From the IMG/VR virus record IMGVR_UViG_3300031994_000022: DNA of 64,000 nt; one strand, written 5' to 3'. Every line of letters begins with the position of its first letter. Position 1 is the first letter of the stretch. Both the position numbers and the translations under genes were made by a program. Below, piece by piece: positions 46,838-58,364 of the stretch. The notes under the pieces are model-generated. The model was not told the origin of the DNA and did not search any database. It saw nothing but the letters and a program-made list of their open reading frames with translations. This DNA is from a virus (taxonomy: Duplodnaviria > Caudoviricetes).

Positions 46838-48901
46838 ATGTTGGATTTTAAAGTTGTAAAAATTGGATTAGAGAATCATTTTAAAAAGATGTCGGAAGAG
46901 AATGAACGTCTATTTGTAGTTGATGTAGATAAAGATGAGATGTGGAATCTGTATTTAGACAGTATACCATCAGAAGATAACAAAATCTTTAGGCAAAGAA
47001 GAGAATATGACTGCTCTTGTTGTAGACATTTTATTAAATCCATTGGAAATGTTGTGTCAATTAAAGATGGAGTTGTTACATCAATATGGGATTTCGAAAC
47101 CACTGAACCAAAATGGAACATGGTTGTAAAGAAGCTTTCTGAATATATAAAGTCTAAGACAATATCAGATATATTTATTTCAAAGTTCGCAGACATAGGT
47201 ACAGACTACAATATGGAGCAGAGCGAAGATGGAAAGCTTATTAAGTGGGAACATTTTTATTGTAAGCTTCCGGATAAGTTTGTTTTTAGATCCAGATATG
47301 ACACGATTGATACTGAACGTAGTCAGTATAGAGATGTCAGAAATGTTTTTAAGCGTTCACTTGATGAACTTTCCATGGATGCGGTTGACACCGTACTCGA
47401 TCTGATTAATCAGGGTAGCTTGTATAAAGGTGACGAATACAAGAGAGTTGTGCAGAATTTTAGAGCATTAAAGAAAGAATATGACTCACTTTCAGATTAT
47501 CAGAAAGAGCTATTTGCTTGGGAGAAGTCGGTTGTTACCGATGTTGCAACTGCAAAAATCCGTAATACTGCGATAGGAACATTACTTATAGATATTTCCG
47601 AAAATCTTGATTTGGAAGTGGCAGTTAAGAAGTATGAAGCGGTTACAGCTCCAGCAAATTACAAGAGATCAAAGCCGATTTTTACTAAGCAGATGCTTGA
47701 GGATGCACAGAAGACTATAACAGAACTTGGATATTTAGATTCATTAGAGAGAAGATATGCAAATGCAGATGATATTACCGTAAATAATATAATCTTTAGC
47801 AATAAAGATACAGCAAAACGTGTGCAGGGTGGTAGTTCATTGTTTGATGAATTAAGCAAAGAGGTTAAATCTTCTCCGAAGAAATTCGACAGAGTAGAAG
47901 AAATTGGAATTGAAAAATTTATTAATGATGTGGTTCCAACGGCAACCGAAATAGAAGCATATGTAGAAGGAAAACATAGTCAAAATTTTGTGTCGCTGAT
48001 AGCTCCGGTAAACAAGGACTCAAAGACAATGTTTAAATGGAATAATAATTTTTCCTGGGCATATACGGGCAATGTTACTGACTCGATGGTCAAACAGAAT
48101 GTAAAGAATGCTGGTGGTAAAGTAGATGGAGTACTTCGATTCAGTATTCAGTGGAATGATTTAGGAGAATATGATGGTAATGATCTTGATGCTCATTGTA
48201 TCGAACCTAATCTAAATGAAATCTTTTACAGTAACTGTAGGAAACCTAGTTATTCAAGATTGGGTGGACAGCTTGATATAGATATTATAAATCCTAGTAG
48301 AGATACTCCAGCAGTTGAAAATATTACATGGGGAGATATTTCGAAAATGCAGGATGGTGTTTATAAGTTTTTTGTTCATTGTTACACTAACAGAGGTGGA
48401 CATTCAGGATTTAGAGCTGAGATAGAATTTAATGGACAGATATATTCTTATGATTACACAAAGGATCTTCGTCAGGGTGAAAAAGTTCAAGTAGCTGAAG
48501 TTACATTAAAGAATGGACAGTTTACTATAGAGGAAAAGCTCACATCTAATTGTTCTAGTAGAGAAGTTTGGGGTATAAAAACAAACGAATTTACCCCAGT
48601 TTCAGTTATATGTTATTCGCCAAATTATTGGGATGAACAGAATGGAATAGGAAACAAACATTATTTCTTTATGCTTAAGGATTGTGTTAATCCAGAACTT
48701 CCAAATGCTTATTATAATGAGTTCCTTAATGGAGAGTTATATCCTAAGCATCGTAAAGTAATGGAAGCGTTGGCTTCAAAGGCTCACGTTCAAGATGCAG
48801 ATGATCAGTTGTCTGGTATAGGATTTAGTTCGACATTAAGAAATGAACTTGTTGTAAAGGTTAAGGGTGCTACCGAAAGAATACTTAAAATAAAATTTTA
48901 A
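46838..48901 (+). CDS. Large phage protein with a YfaP/DUF2135-like beta-sandwich domain
   Basis: 687 aa; LRFSIQW...DLDAHCIEP...LDIDI...AVENITW; N-terminal CSCC. Confidence 0.55.
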   Translation: MLDFKVVKIGLENHFKKMSEENERLFVVDVDKDEMWNLYLDSIPSEDNKIFRQRREYDCSCCRHFIKSIGNVVSIKDGVVTSIWDFETTEPKWNMVVKKLSEYIKSKTISDIFISKFADIGTDYNMEQSEDGKLIKWEHFYCKLPDKFVFRSRYDTIDTERSQYRDVRNVFKRSLDELSMDAVDTVLDLINQGSLYKGDEYKRVVQNFRALKKEYDSLSDYQKELFAWEKSVVTDVATAKIRNTAIGTLLIDISENLDLEVAVKKYEAVTAPANYKRSKPIFTKQMLEDAQKTITELGYLDSLERRYANADDITVNNIIFSNKDTAKRVQGGSSLFDELSKEVKSSPKKFDRVEEIGIEKFINDVVPTATEIEAYVEGKHSQNFVSLIAPVNKDSKTMFKWNNNFSWAYTGNVTDSMVKQNVKNAGGKVDGVLRFSIQWNDLGEYDGNDLDAHCIEPNLNEIFYSNCRKPSYSRLGGQLDIDIINPSRDTPAVENITWGDISKMQDGVYKFFVHCYTNRGGHSGFRAEIEFNGQIYSYDYTKDLRQGEKVQVAEVTLKNGQFTIEEKLTSNCSSREVWGIKTNEFTPVSVICYSPNYWDEQNGIGNKHYFFMLKDCVNPELPNAYYNEFLNGELYPKHRKVMEALASKAHVQDADDQLSGIGFSSTLRNELVVKVKGATERILKIKF

Positions 48902-48924
48902 TATAAATAAAGGAGAAAATTAAT

Positions 48925-49320
48925 ATGGCAGATTTATTCAAGATTGCAACAAAGAAAAAGTATAGATTTAACTATAAGGGTCAGGCTACAGTGGAGGATT
49001 TATGGGATTTATCAGTAGAAGAACTTGATAAGATTTATAAAAATCTCAAGTCTCTACAGAAGAACGCATCAGAGGAATCTCTGCTGCAGACTGTAACAAA
49101 AGAAGATAAGGAACTTAATAATAAGATTGAAATTATTAAGACTATTGTAACTGATAAGTTAGCAGCAAAGGATCGTGCTATGAAGGCGGCATCGCAGAGA
49201 GCGCAGAATCAGCGTATCCTTGAGATTATGGCTGATAAGCAGGATGCTGCTCTTAAGGAAAAATCTATAGAAGAACTACAGAACATGTTAATTACAGAAG
49301 ATATTAATGATGAGGAATAA
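48925..49320 (+). CDS. Coiled-coil hypothetical protein, probable partner of the 687-aa protein
   Basis: TVEDLWDL motif; directly downstream. Confidence 0.6.
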   Translation: MADLFKIATKKKYRFNYKGQATVEDLWDLSVEELDKIYKNLKSLQKNASEESLLQTVTKEDKELNNKIEIIKTIVTDKLAAKDRAMKAASQRAQNQRILEIMADKQDAALKEKSIEELQNMLITEDINDEE

Positions 49321-49331
49321 ATAAAATTTAC

Positions 49332-49433
49332 GATGAGGTGGCGGAAAAGGTAGACGCAGTGAGAGGACTGATGCTTATAATGAAGGACTTACTGATGGAG
49401 CATCATGTAAGGTGCAAATCCTTACCCTCATCA
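49332..49433 (+). tRNA. tRNA-Leu-like class II scaffold with a 24-nt anticodon loop
   Basis: GATGAGG/CCTCATC-A acceptor, GCG-GAAAAGGTAGA-CGC D arm, GTGAG/CTTAC stem, TGATG-GAG-CATCA variable arm, TAAGG-TGCAAAT-CCTTA T arm. Confidence 0.7.
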
Positions 49434-49434
49434 A

Positions 49435-49530
49435 ACTACCATATCCCTCACGCCTGGGGCGGTGGAATGGAGCCTTATGGTGGATCGGTTCGAATCCGGT
49501 ACTGTCCTTGGTGGGCTAGGGTATGGTGGT
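49435..49530 (+). ncRNA. Mini tRNA-like element nested in a long closing stem
   Basis: GGGCGGT/ACTGTCC acceptor-like stem, ATCGG-TTCGAAT-CCGGT T arm, outer stem ACTACCATATCC/GGGTATGGTGGT. Confidence 0.55.
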
Positions 49531-50714
49531 AAACCATTATATAAAAAATAATTTTTAAAGGCGGAAATTAAAATGAAAAAGATTGTTTGCGGTTGCTTTG
49601 GAAACATATATTACGCAACGATATTAAAAGATGGTTTAATGTCGGATGTTAACAGAGTAGATGTTACAGACGATGCTATTGATGCGGTACTCCAACATAT
49701 AATTTCGATGGATAAATTTGATAAAGAAGGTTTTGCTGGATACGTTTTTCGTAAGACGAAAACTGATGGACATATATGTCTATGCGTATTTGATAAGGAT
49801 AAATACGAACTAAAAAAGAAATAATAGTTATTACCGCAGGGGTGGCAGTGGTACCAATCTTAGCGGATTATCCCTCCTGATGAAGAGGTTTCGCTGCGGT
49901 ATATAAATGAATATGTGCCCATGGTTATGTGGTAGTACCCTCATGTAACCTATAAAACTGAATTTTTATTGGAGGGTAAAAAATGGAAAATTTGCAAATA
50001 TATGGTGAGATGCAACTGGAAAGCGGAAGACTTGCGGATGAAGTCGTGAAAACCCTTATAGATAAAGGGTTTTTGATAGCTCGAACCGGATGTGATCAGA
50101 CAAAAACATGGTATGAAATTTCAAAAGAAAAGCAATTAAATCAGACTTTTATAGGAGAATAAGAAATGGTAAAGACTATTACAAAATATTATTGTGATAT
50201 ATGCGGAAAGGAAGCTCCTTACTGTTCAAAATATAAGATACCAGATATATATGAAAAGATATATCATGATGCGCATAATCTTGAACTTAAAAAAGAAATA
50301 GGTGGATTTCATCCGATAGAAGGAGATATATGTCCAAAGTGCGCAGAACTTATATATCTTGCTATAAAAAATGTAAAGAAGGTGGTGACTGAGAAATGAT
50401 AGATGCGATTAGAGCTTTTGAAAAAACAAAATATAATTTCGAGATTAATTTAGTAAAAGATAATATTGAAAATGGGATAAACAACGCTATAGAAAGAGGC
50501 GAGTACACTTGTAAGATAACTATAAAAGCAGATACGAAACAGTTTGTCCGTGATGAAATTACGAAGTGGCTTATAGGATTAGGTTATAGATGTACGATTC
50601 CTAAGTATGAAAGCCAAGACGGATGTCCTTCCGATCAAATGAATTATTGGAATGAAATAGATATATCTTGGAAAAGTGAAAAAATGATTAACGAGGAGAG
50701 GTATTCAAAGAAAA

Positions 50715-51236
50715 ATGTATAAAGTAGAATCAGATTTTACATATAAAGATTACAGATGTGTAGTTATCTTTTGTGGTATGGGACATCGCTGCGGTTATGT
50801 AGGTATCAAACCCGGACATCCACTATATAAAAAGGAATATACAGATTATTTAGATATTCCCAAGTCTGAATTAGATGGCGAAGAAATAGGCAAACGAGGT
50901 ATCATGCCAATATTTTTCACGGCATTTGATGATGACGACAGAGTAAGAATGGATGTATATTTCAATGTTCATGGTGGATTAACTTATTCGGGTGATAATA
51001 ATGGTACTTATCCTGTGGAAAGTAATTTGTGGTGGCTAGGATTTGATTGTGGTCATTATAACGATGGTAAGGATTTGGAATTGATGGAAAAATATTGGGG
51101 CGATGATCCACTTATTAAAAGAAGATTGGAATCGGAAAGAGAATACTATATTGATGCACCAATTCGTTCCAAGGAATATGTGGAAGATGAATGCAAGTCC
51201 TTAGTAGATCAGATAATTGAGTTAATTAGCAAATAA
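50715..51236 (+). CDS. Hypothetical phage protein
   Basis: HRCGYV...VHGGLTYS...WWLGFDCGHYND motif set; function unknown. Confidence 0.65.
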   Translation: MYKVESDFTYKDYRCVVIFCGMGHRCGYVGIKPGHPLYKKEYTDYLDIPKSELDGEEIGKRGIMPIFFTAFDDDDRVRMDVYFNVHGGLTYSGDNNGTYPVESNLWWLGFDCGHYNDGKDLELMEKYWGDDPLIKRRLESEREYYIDAPIRSKEYVEDECKSLVDQIIELISK

Positions 51237-51632
51237 TTATGGAGATAAATATATTAAAGGAGAAGATATGGATTATATAATAGACGAGATAAAAGAAGTA
51301 GTATTTAATGACGAAGACTTAATGCTTAAAGGAGTTACAACAGAGGGAGAAGAAATTCTAATAAAAATGCCAATCGAACAAGCATTTAAATTACTAAAAA
51401 ACAATGAGAGGGATGTTTAATAGGAGATTAATTATGAATGACAAGTGTAGTAACTGTAAATATTACCACAAACTTAAACATTCTTTCAGGCAAGGAAAAG
51501 GTTTTACCGAAACGGCTTGCTGCATAGTATTAACTAGGTGCGATGAAGATATTGATAAATTTGATAGTTTTGTAATTGAAGTTGAGCCGGACGACATGTG
51601 TGAGATGTTTACTGAAAGAGAGGAATTGCATT

Positions 51633-52202
51633 ATGATTAATTCTTTATACCCAATATTTCAGCGTTGGTCAGAACGAGGTTCTGCGTACATAATTTCAGA
51701 CACCCATTTCGAAGACTCTGATTGTAAGCTGATGGATTCTGATTGGATAATACCGGAAGAGCAGGTAAAAATAATAAATTCTATGGTACACAAGAATGAT
51801 ACTTTAATCCATCTTGGTGATGTCGGCAATCCCAAATGGATAACTAAATTAAAAGCTGGACATAAGGTATTGATAATGGGAAACCATGATCAGTCCATAC
51901 AGAAATTCAAACCATATTTTGATGAAGTATATAGTGGTTGTTTATTTATTTCAGATAAAATACTCCTGTCTCACGAACCGGTGCATGGTCTATCTTGGTG
52001 TTTGAATATACATGGGCACGACCATAATGGTGTTGAGCCGTATAAAGAGGGTTGTAAACACATTAACCTTGCAGCAAATGTGTGTGGATATACACCGATT
52101 AGCTTGGGGAAAATAATAAAGGATGGTGTGCTGAGTGGTATTCATTCTATTCATAGGCAGACTATTGATAGAGCAACAGAAAATAAAAGCGTTATTTTAT
52201 AA
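51633..52202 (+). CDS. Metallophosphoesterase (calcineurin-like)
   Basis: ISDTHF, HLGDVG, GNHD, SHEP and HGHDH. Confidence 0.88.
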   Translation: MINSLYPIFQRWSERGSAYIISDTHFEDSDCKLMDSDWIIPEEQVKIINSMVHKNDTLIHLGDVGNPKWITKLKAGHKVLIMGNHDQSIQKFKPYFDEVYSGCLFISDKILLSHEPVHGLSWCLNIHGHDHNGVEPYKEGCKHINLAANVCGYTPISLGKIIKDGVLSGIHSIHRQTIDRATENKSVIL

Positions 52203-52857
52203 GGAGAGAGAGAAAAAATGGAAGATAAAAAAATAGGATTAGTAACCGTTACATCTGAAGAAGATGGGAAAAGAATTTGCGATGCTTTAGCAGAAAATGG
52301 ATTAGGAACAACTTCTTATTCATATCCGAAAAATGAAGGAAAAATAGAAGTGGTTTTACCAAATAGTGATCGGGAATTTTATCAAGTAACAATGCCCCGT
52401 ATAGAAAAGTTTGATATTACTGATAAAACATATGAAACAAAATATATTCCATCTTCAAACGTAAAGTTAGTCTTATCTGATGATGGCAAGTATATTATAG
52501 TTCAATATAAAACTGAACTCCGTGGGAGAATTGTTAAGACAGAAGCTAATATATATGACGAAATTAAAGAACTGATGAAATAGAACTTTTATGGGAGGAG
52601 AGGCAGTTGATATGAATCCTGAGTTTGAATTACAAATGAAGTTCATAGGATATACCGATCATGGTGTTATTGTTGACATATGTGGACATCCTATGCTTAT
52701 GCCTAATATTGATATTGAAAAACTTAATAAAAAACTCGTTGAGACTGGAGAAAATCCATTGAGACCTATTATGGTTATGAGAATTAATCATGATGGAACT
52801 GAGACAGAAGTTGAGTTCGCAAAATAATAAAATGAAACTTTTGTGGGAGGATATTAT

Positions 52858-53292
52858 ATGGATATAAAAGAATATATGAAAAAATACTACGAAAAAAATA
52901 AAGAAAAAATAAAAGAACGCAGTAAAAAATACTATAAAGATAATAAAGAAAAAATAAATGAACGAACTAAAAAATATCGTGAAAACCATAGAGAAAAAAT
53001 AAGAGAATATCAAAAGAAATATTGTGATAAAAACAAGGAAAAGAAAAGGGAATACGAAAAGAACTACCGTAAAGATAATGAAGAGAAAATAAAAGAATAT
53101 AGGAAAGAACATCCTGCATATGATTACTATAGACCTACGGCTTATGCTCCCAATCATATGAAGAGATACACAGATGAGGAAATAGCATTAATAAGAAATA
53201 TGAATTTAAGCAACACAGAAGTAGCAGGAAAATTACACCGTTCAAGAAAAGCTATAGAGCTAAAGAGACAGAGATTAGGATTGTATCAGTAG
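52858..53292 (+). CDS. Protein with KEKIxEYxKKY helical repeats and a C-terminal HTH-like segment
   Basis: About 5 imperfect 14-aa repeats, then YTDEEIALIRNMNLSNTEVAGKLHRS. Confidence 0.6.
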   Translation: MDIKEYMKKYYEKNKEKIKERSKKYYKDNKEKINERTKKYRENHREKIREYQKKYCDKNKEKKREYEKNYRKDNEEKIKEYRKEHPAYDYYRPTAYAPNHMKRYTDEEIALIRNMNLSNTEVAGKLHRSRKAIELKRQRLGLYQ

Positions 53293-55756
53293 AGAGGCAG
53301 TGCTTAGACTTGTTGAGCAGTAGTATACCCAGAATAATTCGAAAATGTTGAAATTATGAGTATAAGTGGGAATTACAGAATAGATAAAATAAACTTTTTA
53401 TGGGAGTGTAAGAGATGAATGAAATAAAAGGATTAATATCTCTCTTGGGAGAGGAAAATGTAGAAGAATTAAAGAAAGGTCTTGTACGATTAATATTGGA
53501 ACAAGCCGAAAGTGACCTAAAAGATTATGGCGAATACCTTCTGTATCCACCTGACATGAGGAGCATAATTAAAGATGTTATGGAAAGTACTGATAAAAAA
53601 CTATCTAAAATGTATAAGGATGCCGTTATAGAAATCAATCAGGATTATATTGATAAGATGAAAGATTATATGACGCATCAGGTTAATGAAAAAGAATTGA
53701 GAACTAAGATATTTGATTATGCTGATCAGTTAAAATATAAGGGCAACGAATTCAGCAAGGAGTATCAGATATCTGAGGAGTTATTCAAGATACTAAAGGA
53801 AACAGAACAATAAATCAATATTTTATAGGAGAAAGATATGACAAAATATTATTGTGATTTATGTGGTCGAGAAGCCCAAAGCGTTGAAGAATATATGTTG
53901 CCAGATTTAAAAGATAAAGAATCTAAAGATTCGCAGGGTTACGTGATTAGGAGGACTTTCACATATGTACCTACTAAAATGGAATTATGTAGAGACTGTA
54001 GAGGAATAGTTGGTAGTTTTGTACATATGATCAAGAACACCCCTACGGAATTATATACTAGCAAAAAAATAACAAAAATCGAATGGGAATAATATGGGAA
54101 GAATAATAAAAGTACAATTTGATGGGAGGAATAATTATGAAAGTATATTGTACAGTTAACACATATGGCAGAAGACTTCCCACAGGACAGATGCCATTAA
54201 AAAATGATTTAGAAATTGAATTATCCAATAAATACAATGGATTTGCTGAAATGAAAATAGGAGATGAAGTTTTTTATATATATGTTGAAGAACTTAAAGC
54301 TGCTATAGATTGTATGCGTAATGAACTTAGATATCGCGGTTAATAGAATAAGTTTTAATAGGAGGAATGATTATGGATGTAAAAAATTTATCGTGGGAAC
54401 AGATTAAAGAGCTTGCAGAGATAGCTATGAAGAATAGGAGTGATTTTTCGCTAACATTGTGCGCAGATGGAGATTGTAGTTTAGATATTTCGAAACATGA
54501 TTATAGAATAACACCAATAACTGCATCACCAATGACTGGAACAGCTATTCCATGGAATGGTGGTATCAACAAAGAAATTCCGTGTTAAATAAAAATGTAT
54601 TTTATGGGAGAAAATTAAAATGATTTATTTAGTTATGTATGCCTTCTATAGTGATTGGGAAATATATGGATATTTTACCAATAGAGAAGATGCTGAAAAG
54701 TATGTAGTTAAATATCCAGAGAAAGATTTATTCATAGAAGAAGTTTCTTGTTTTGATAATAACGAAGATCTTCGAGGTATTAAAGTAAGATATGAAAAGC
54801 CAATAATATTTAGACGAAATAAAACTTCATGGGATTGTTCAGATAATGGAGAACCTATTTTGTATCAAAGTCAATTTGCTAGAAGTAATCATGTTGAGGG
54901 CGGTTGGGGTGATTGGGTGAGAGTATGGGTTAATACTGAAAAGAATGATATTGATTTACAAATGAAAATTGCTCAAGACATCTTTTATCAATTCTTAGAA
55001 TCATGTGATGGGAATATTACTCAAAAAGCCATTGACGAGTTTAATAAAATACTTTCCGCCGAAGAAGATGCGAGAAAAGAAGCTGAGAAACAAGAAAAAA
55101 TTAAAAAAAAGGAACTAGCAGAACTGAAGAGATTAAAAGAAAAATATGAGCAATAAAATTCTATGGGAGGAATGGTATGCAAAAACAACTACCAAAGACA
55201 GAACAATATTTGAATCATATGGAAGAACTATATAGTAAATATGCTGGTATTGATTGGGATACTTATGATTCTGCTTCTGATGAAGATAAAGGAATTATAG
55301 AGCATCCAATGTTACATCTTGCTGAAACAATTTATATGGAATCTCCCGAATGGGCAGAGGATTTAGCTAAATATTTATGTGTCCTTTGTGATATAAAACA
55401 AATTGGCGTTGAGGTAAATGTAGAATGAAAGTTAATATAGGCGACAAGGTATATATCCCAGAGCATAAACGCCCATTTCGTGTTAAAGCTAGAGATAATA
55501 GATATATCATCTGCACTAAACCATATAATCCGAAACATACGGTAATTTATTTTATTATCGATCTTCAGGATAAATGGAGAGCACCTGATGATAGAGTATT
55601 CTGCTCTGGATATGAAACCGATGATGATTGCAAGGAAAGATTAGAGGAGCTGCAATTGGGAAAAATAAGTTTAAGTAGGCGGAGGGGCGTTCCGTTGGAT
55701 ATAGATATAGAATAAAAATGTAGTTTCATAAAAATATTATAAAAAGGAGAAAAAAT

Positions 55757-56362
55757 ATGAATAATTTAATGAATGGAATGTTTGGAAAAGTAGCACCAGG
55801 TATGTGTAGACTCTCTATGAGTGGAGGTATTGCTGTTAAGACTTCGGATGGCACTTATAAAAGTTATAATCTAAAAACAAAGCGTCTTACAAATTGCAGC
55901 AACTTTGTATTTGATATTGGAGAAGATTTCTTCTTTGTTATTCCAACCAATAAGGTTGAAAAAGGAGATATTATTCTTATTTCTGGAAAACCAAAGTGCG
56001 TTATTGGTGTTGAAGATAATCAAATTAGGGTTATAAACTACGAGGATTCTACAATTGACACCATTCTTCCTGAAAGACACATTTTTATGGGGAATACTTA
56101 TTTCTATGGAAAGATCATCTCTATGTTTGGACAAGATGTGTTTAAGGGTAAGAAAGGTACTAACAAGATTATGCAGTACATGATGATGTCTGAAATGTTA
56201 AAAGGTAACAATAGTTCTAATAACGGAATGAGTAGTATGCTTCCATTTATGTTAATGGGTAATAGCAGTGGCTTTGGAGATATGTTTTCTGGTATGTTCG
56301 ATTTTGATACAGAAGCAGATGAAGATTTAGAAAATGATGATCAAAAGGAGGATGAAGAATAA
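55757..56362 (+). CDS. Met-rich hypothetical protein, first gene of the vWA/PurA-like module
   Basis: C-terminal MQYMMMSEML...MLPFMLM; its stop overlaps the vWA start. Confidence 0.65.
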   Translation: MNNLMNGMFGKVAPGMCRLSMSGGIAVKTSDGTYKSYNLKTKRLTNCSNFVFDIGEDFFFVIPTNKVEKGDIILISGKPKCVIGVEDNQIRVINYEDSTIDTILPERHIFMGNTYFYGKIISMFGQDVFKGKKGTNKIMQYMMMSEMLKGNNSSNNGMSSMLPFMLMGNSSGFGDMFSGMFDFDTEADEDLENDDQKEDEE

Positions 56363-57234
56363 TGGGTAGTGGTTCATGGGATGTGAATAATTTTGTAAGT
56401 TATACTACATCAACAAGAGGTGCAAGTACAACTCTCGATAGCCTTGGAGCTATTGTGACGAATATGAGTAATCAAGATATGTTTAAAGCTAGAAATCTTG
56501 ATGAGGCTCTTAATCCTAATGGTGTAACAAGGGAATGTAGGGATTCTGAAGAACATCCAAATACTATCCCAGTAATTCTAGCATTGGATGTTACTGGAAG
56601 TATGGGTGAAGCAGCTGTAGAGGTTGCGAAGAAAATAAATGTAATTATGACTAAGTTATATGAAAAGATTTCAGATGTTGAATTTATGATAATGGGTATA
56701 GGCGATTTCTACTGCGATAGTTGTCCGTTACAAGTAAGTCAATTTGAATCAGATATCCGAATTGCAGAGCAATTAGATAAACTATATTTTGAATTCGGTG
56801 GTGGTGGTAATGCATATGAGTCTTATACTGCTGCGTGGTATTTCGGATCTAGGCATTGCAAATTAGATTGTTGGGAAAGAGGCAAGAAGGGAATTATTAT
56901 CACTATGGGGGATGAATGTATTAATCCATATATTCCAAAATGTGGATCTAATGCAAGCATAAAAGGAGTAATTGGTGATGATGTTCAATCAGATATTCAA
57001 ACAGATGATTTATATAAGGAAACAATAGAAAAATTCGATGTTTATCATTTACATGTTAATCACGGAAGTAATTGGAATGAATCGGCAGTAAATAAATCCT
57101 GGAAAGAATATTTAGATGATAAGCATTTTAGAACTGTAAATTTAAATAGTATTGCTAATGAAATAGTTGATATTATTGATGAATCAATAAATCAACCTGA
57201 AAGCGTAAATAATACCGAAGGAATTTCTTGGTAG
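56362..57234 (+). CDS. vWA-domain protein
   Basis: MIDAS motif ILALDVTGSM, plus GGGGNAYESY and ITMGDE. Confidence 0.85.
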   Translation: MGSGSWDVNNFVSYTTSTRGASTTLDSLGAIVTNMSNQDMFKARNLDEALNPNGVTRECRDSEEHPNTIPVILALDVTGSMGEAAVEVAKKINVIMTKLYEKISDVEFMIMGIGDFYCDSCPLQVSQFESDIRIAEQLDKLYFEFGGGGNAYESYTAAWYFGSRHCKLDCWERGKKGIIITMGDECINPYIPKCGSNASIKGVIGDDVQSDIQTDDLYKETIEKFDVYHLHVNHGSNWNESAVNKSWKEYLDDKHFRTVNLNSIANEIVDIIDESINQPESVNNTEGISW

Positions 57235-57245
57235 GAGGATAATAT

Positions 57246-58364
57246 ATGACTACGTTAAAAGCCGTTATTGGGGCAAATTATGGAGATGAAGGAAAGGGTA
57301 AGATGACTGATTATTTTGCCTATAAATCAGAAAAAAAATGTATTGTAGTTTGTTCTAATGGCGGCGCACAACGTGGGCATACTGTTCTTACAATTGATAA
57401 AGGACAACATATATTTCATCATTTTGGTTCGGGAACATTTGCGGGGGCTGATACTTATTTACCTAGTCAATATATAGTAAATCCAATGATTTTTATGAAA
57501 GAGTATAGAGAGATTTACCCTATAAATTCTCAAGTATATGTTAATAAAAATGCTTTATGCTCTACTCCCTATGATATGATCGTTAATCAGATTATCGAGG
57601 AATCAAGAGGAATAAATAAACACGGTAGTTGTGGAGTTGGTATATGGGAAACGATATTGAGAAATGAAGCGACTATTGGTGATATGCTTAAAATGACATA
57701 TGAGCAAATGAAACGATATTTACAGGGCGTTCGTGACAATTATTATCTGTTAAGACTAAAGAGTAAACATATAGATATACCTTCTAACTGGGAATCCGTA
57801 TTTTTTAATGATAATCTTATTGAAAATTATATACAAGATTTTCAACATATGGTTAGACATATGAATTTCACTACAGATGATATATTGAAGAGATATTCAA
57901 CTGTTATATTCGAAAATGGACAAGGATTATTATTGGATCAAAATATTAAAAATTCCCAATATAGTACTCCGAGTAATACGGGGTCAAAGAATATTAAAAA
58001 GATGGTACAAGATGTGTTTGGAGACGAGTATGAAATGGAAGTATGTTATGTAACACGGTCATATTTAACCAGACATGGAGAAGGAGAACTTCCGTTAGAA
58101 ATTTCAAAACCACGATTCTTCAAACTCGATACTTCGTCGGAAACAAATGTATGGAATAAAAACCAAGGCTCGTTTCGATATGGAATATTAAATGTTAATG
58201 ATTTAATAAACAGAATTACGGAAGATTTTAATGATTATTGGGATATAAAACAATCTAGTATGAGTTTAGCTATTACACACTGGGATGAAAACCAAATTGA
58301 TACATCTAAAATTAAGTGCAAAATTTATTATGGTACAGGAGCTGAGAGAACTGCAATTATGTGA
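57246..58364 (+). CDS. Divergent adenylosuccinate synthetase-like protein
   Basis: GANYGDEGKGK P-loop, GGAQRGHT, HGSCGVGI, FENGQGLLLD and YLTRHGEG. Confidence 0.85.
   Translation: MTTLKAVIGANYGDEGKGKMTDYFAYKSEKKCIVVCSNGGAQRGHTVLTIDKGQHIFHHFGSGTFAGADTYLPSQYIVNPMIFMKEYREIYPINSQVYVNKNALCSTPYDMIVNQIIEESRGINKHGSCGVGIWETILRNEATIGDMLKMTYEQMKRYLQGVRDNYYLLRLKSKHIDIPSNWESVFFNDNLIENYIQDFQHMVRHMNFTTDDILKRYSTVIFENGQGLLLDQNIKNSQYSTPSNTGSKNIKKMVQDVFGDEYEMEVCYVTRSYLTRHGEGELPLEISKPRFFKLDTSSETNVWNKNQGSFRYGILNVNDLINRITEDFNDYWDIKQSSMSLAITHWDENQIDTSKIKCKIYYGTGAERTAIM

Noticed and set aside
49338-49532. 64-aa ORF (also 8804..8992)
   Set aside because: Both overlap tRNA-like structures and lack an RBS.
49860-49901. 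Hammerhead ribozyme (CTGATGA present)
   Set aside because: No properly placed GAAA or cleavage triplet; CTGATGAA is just a hairpin loop.
57246-58364. PurZ (2-aminoadenine DNA pathway)
   Set aside because: It retains Asp in GDEGKG where PurZ has Ser, and no dATPase or MazZ neighbours were recognised.
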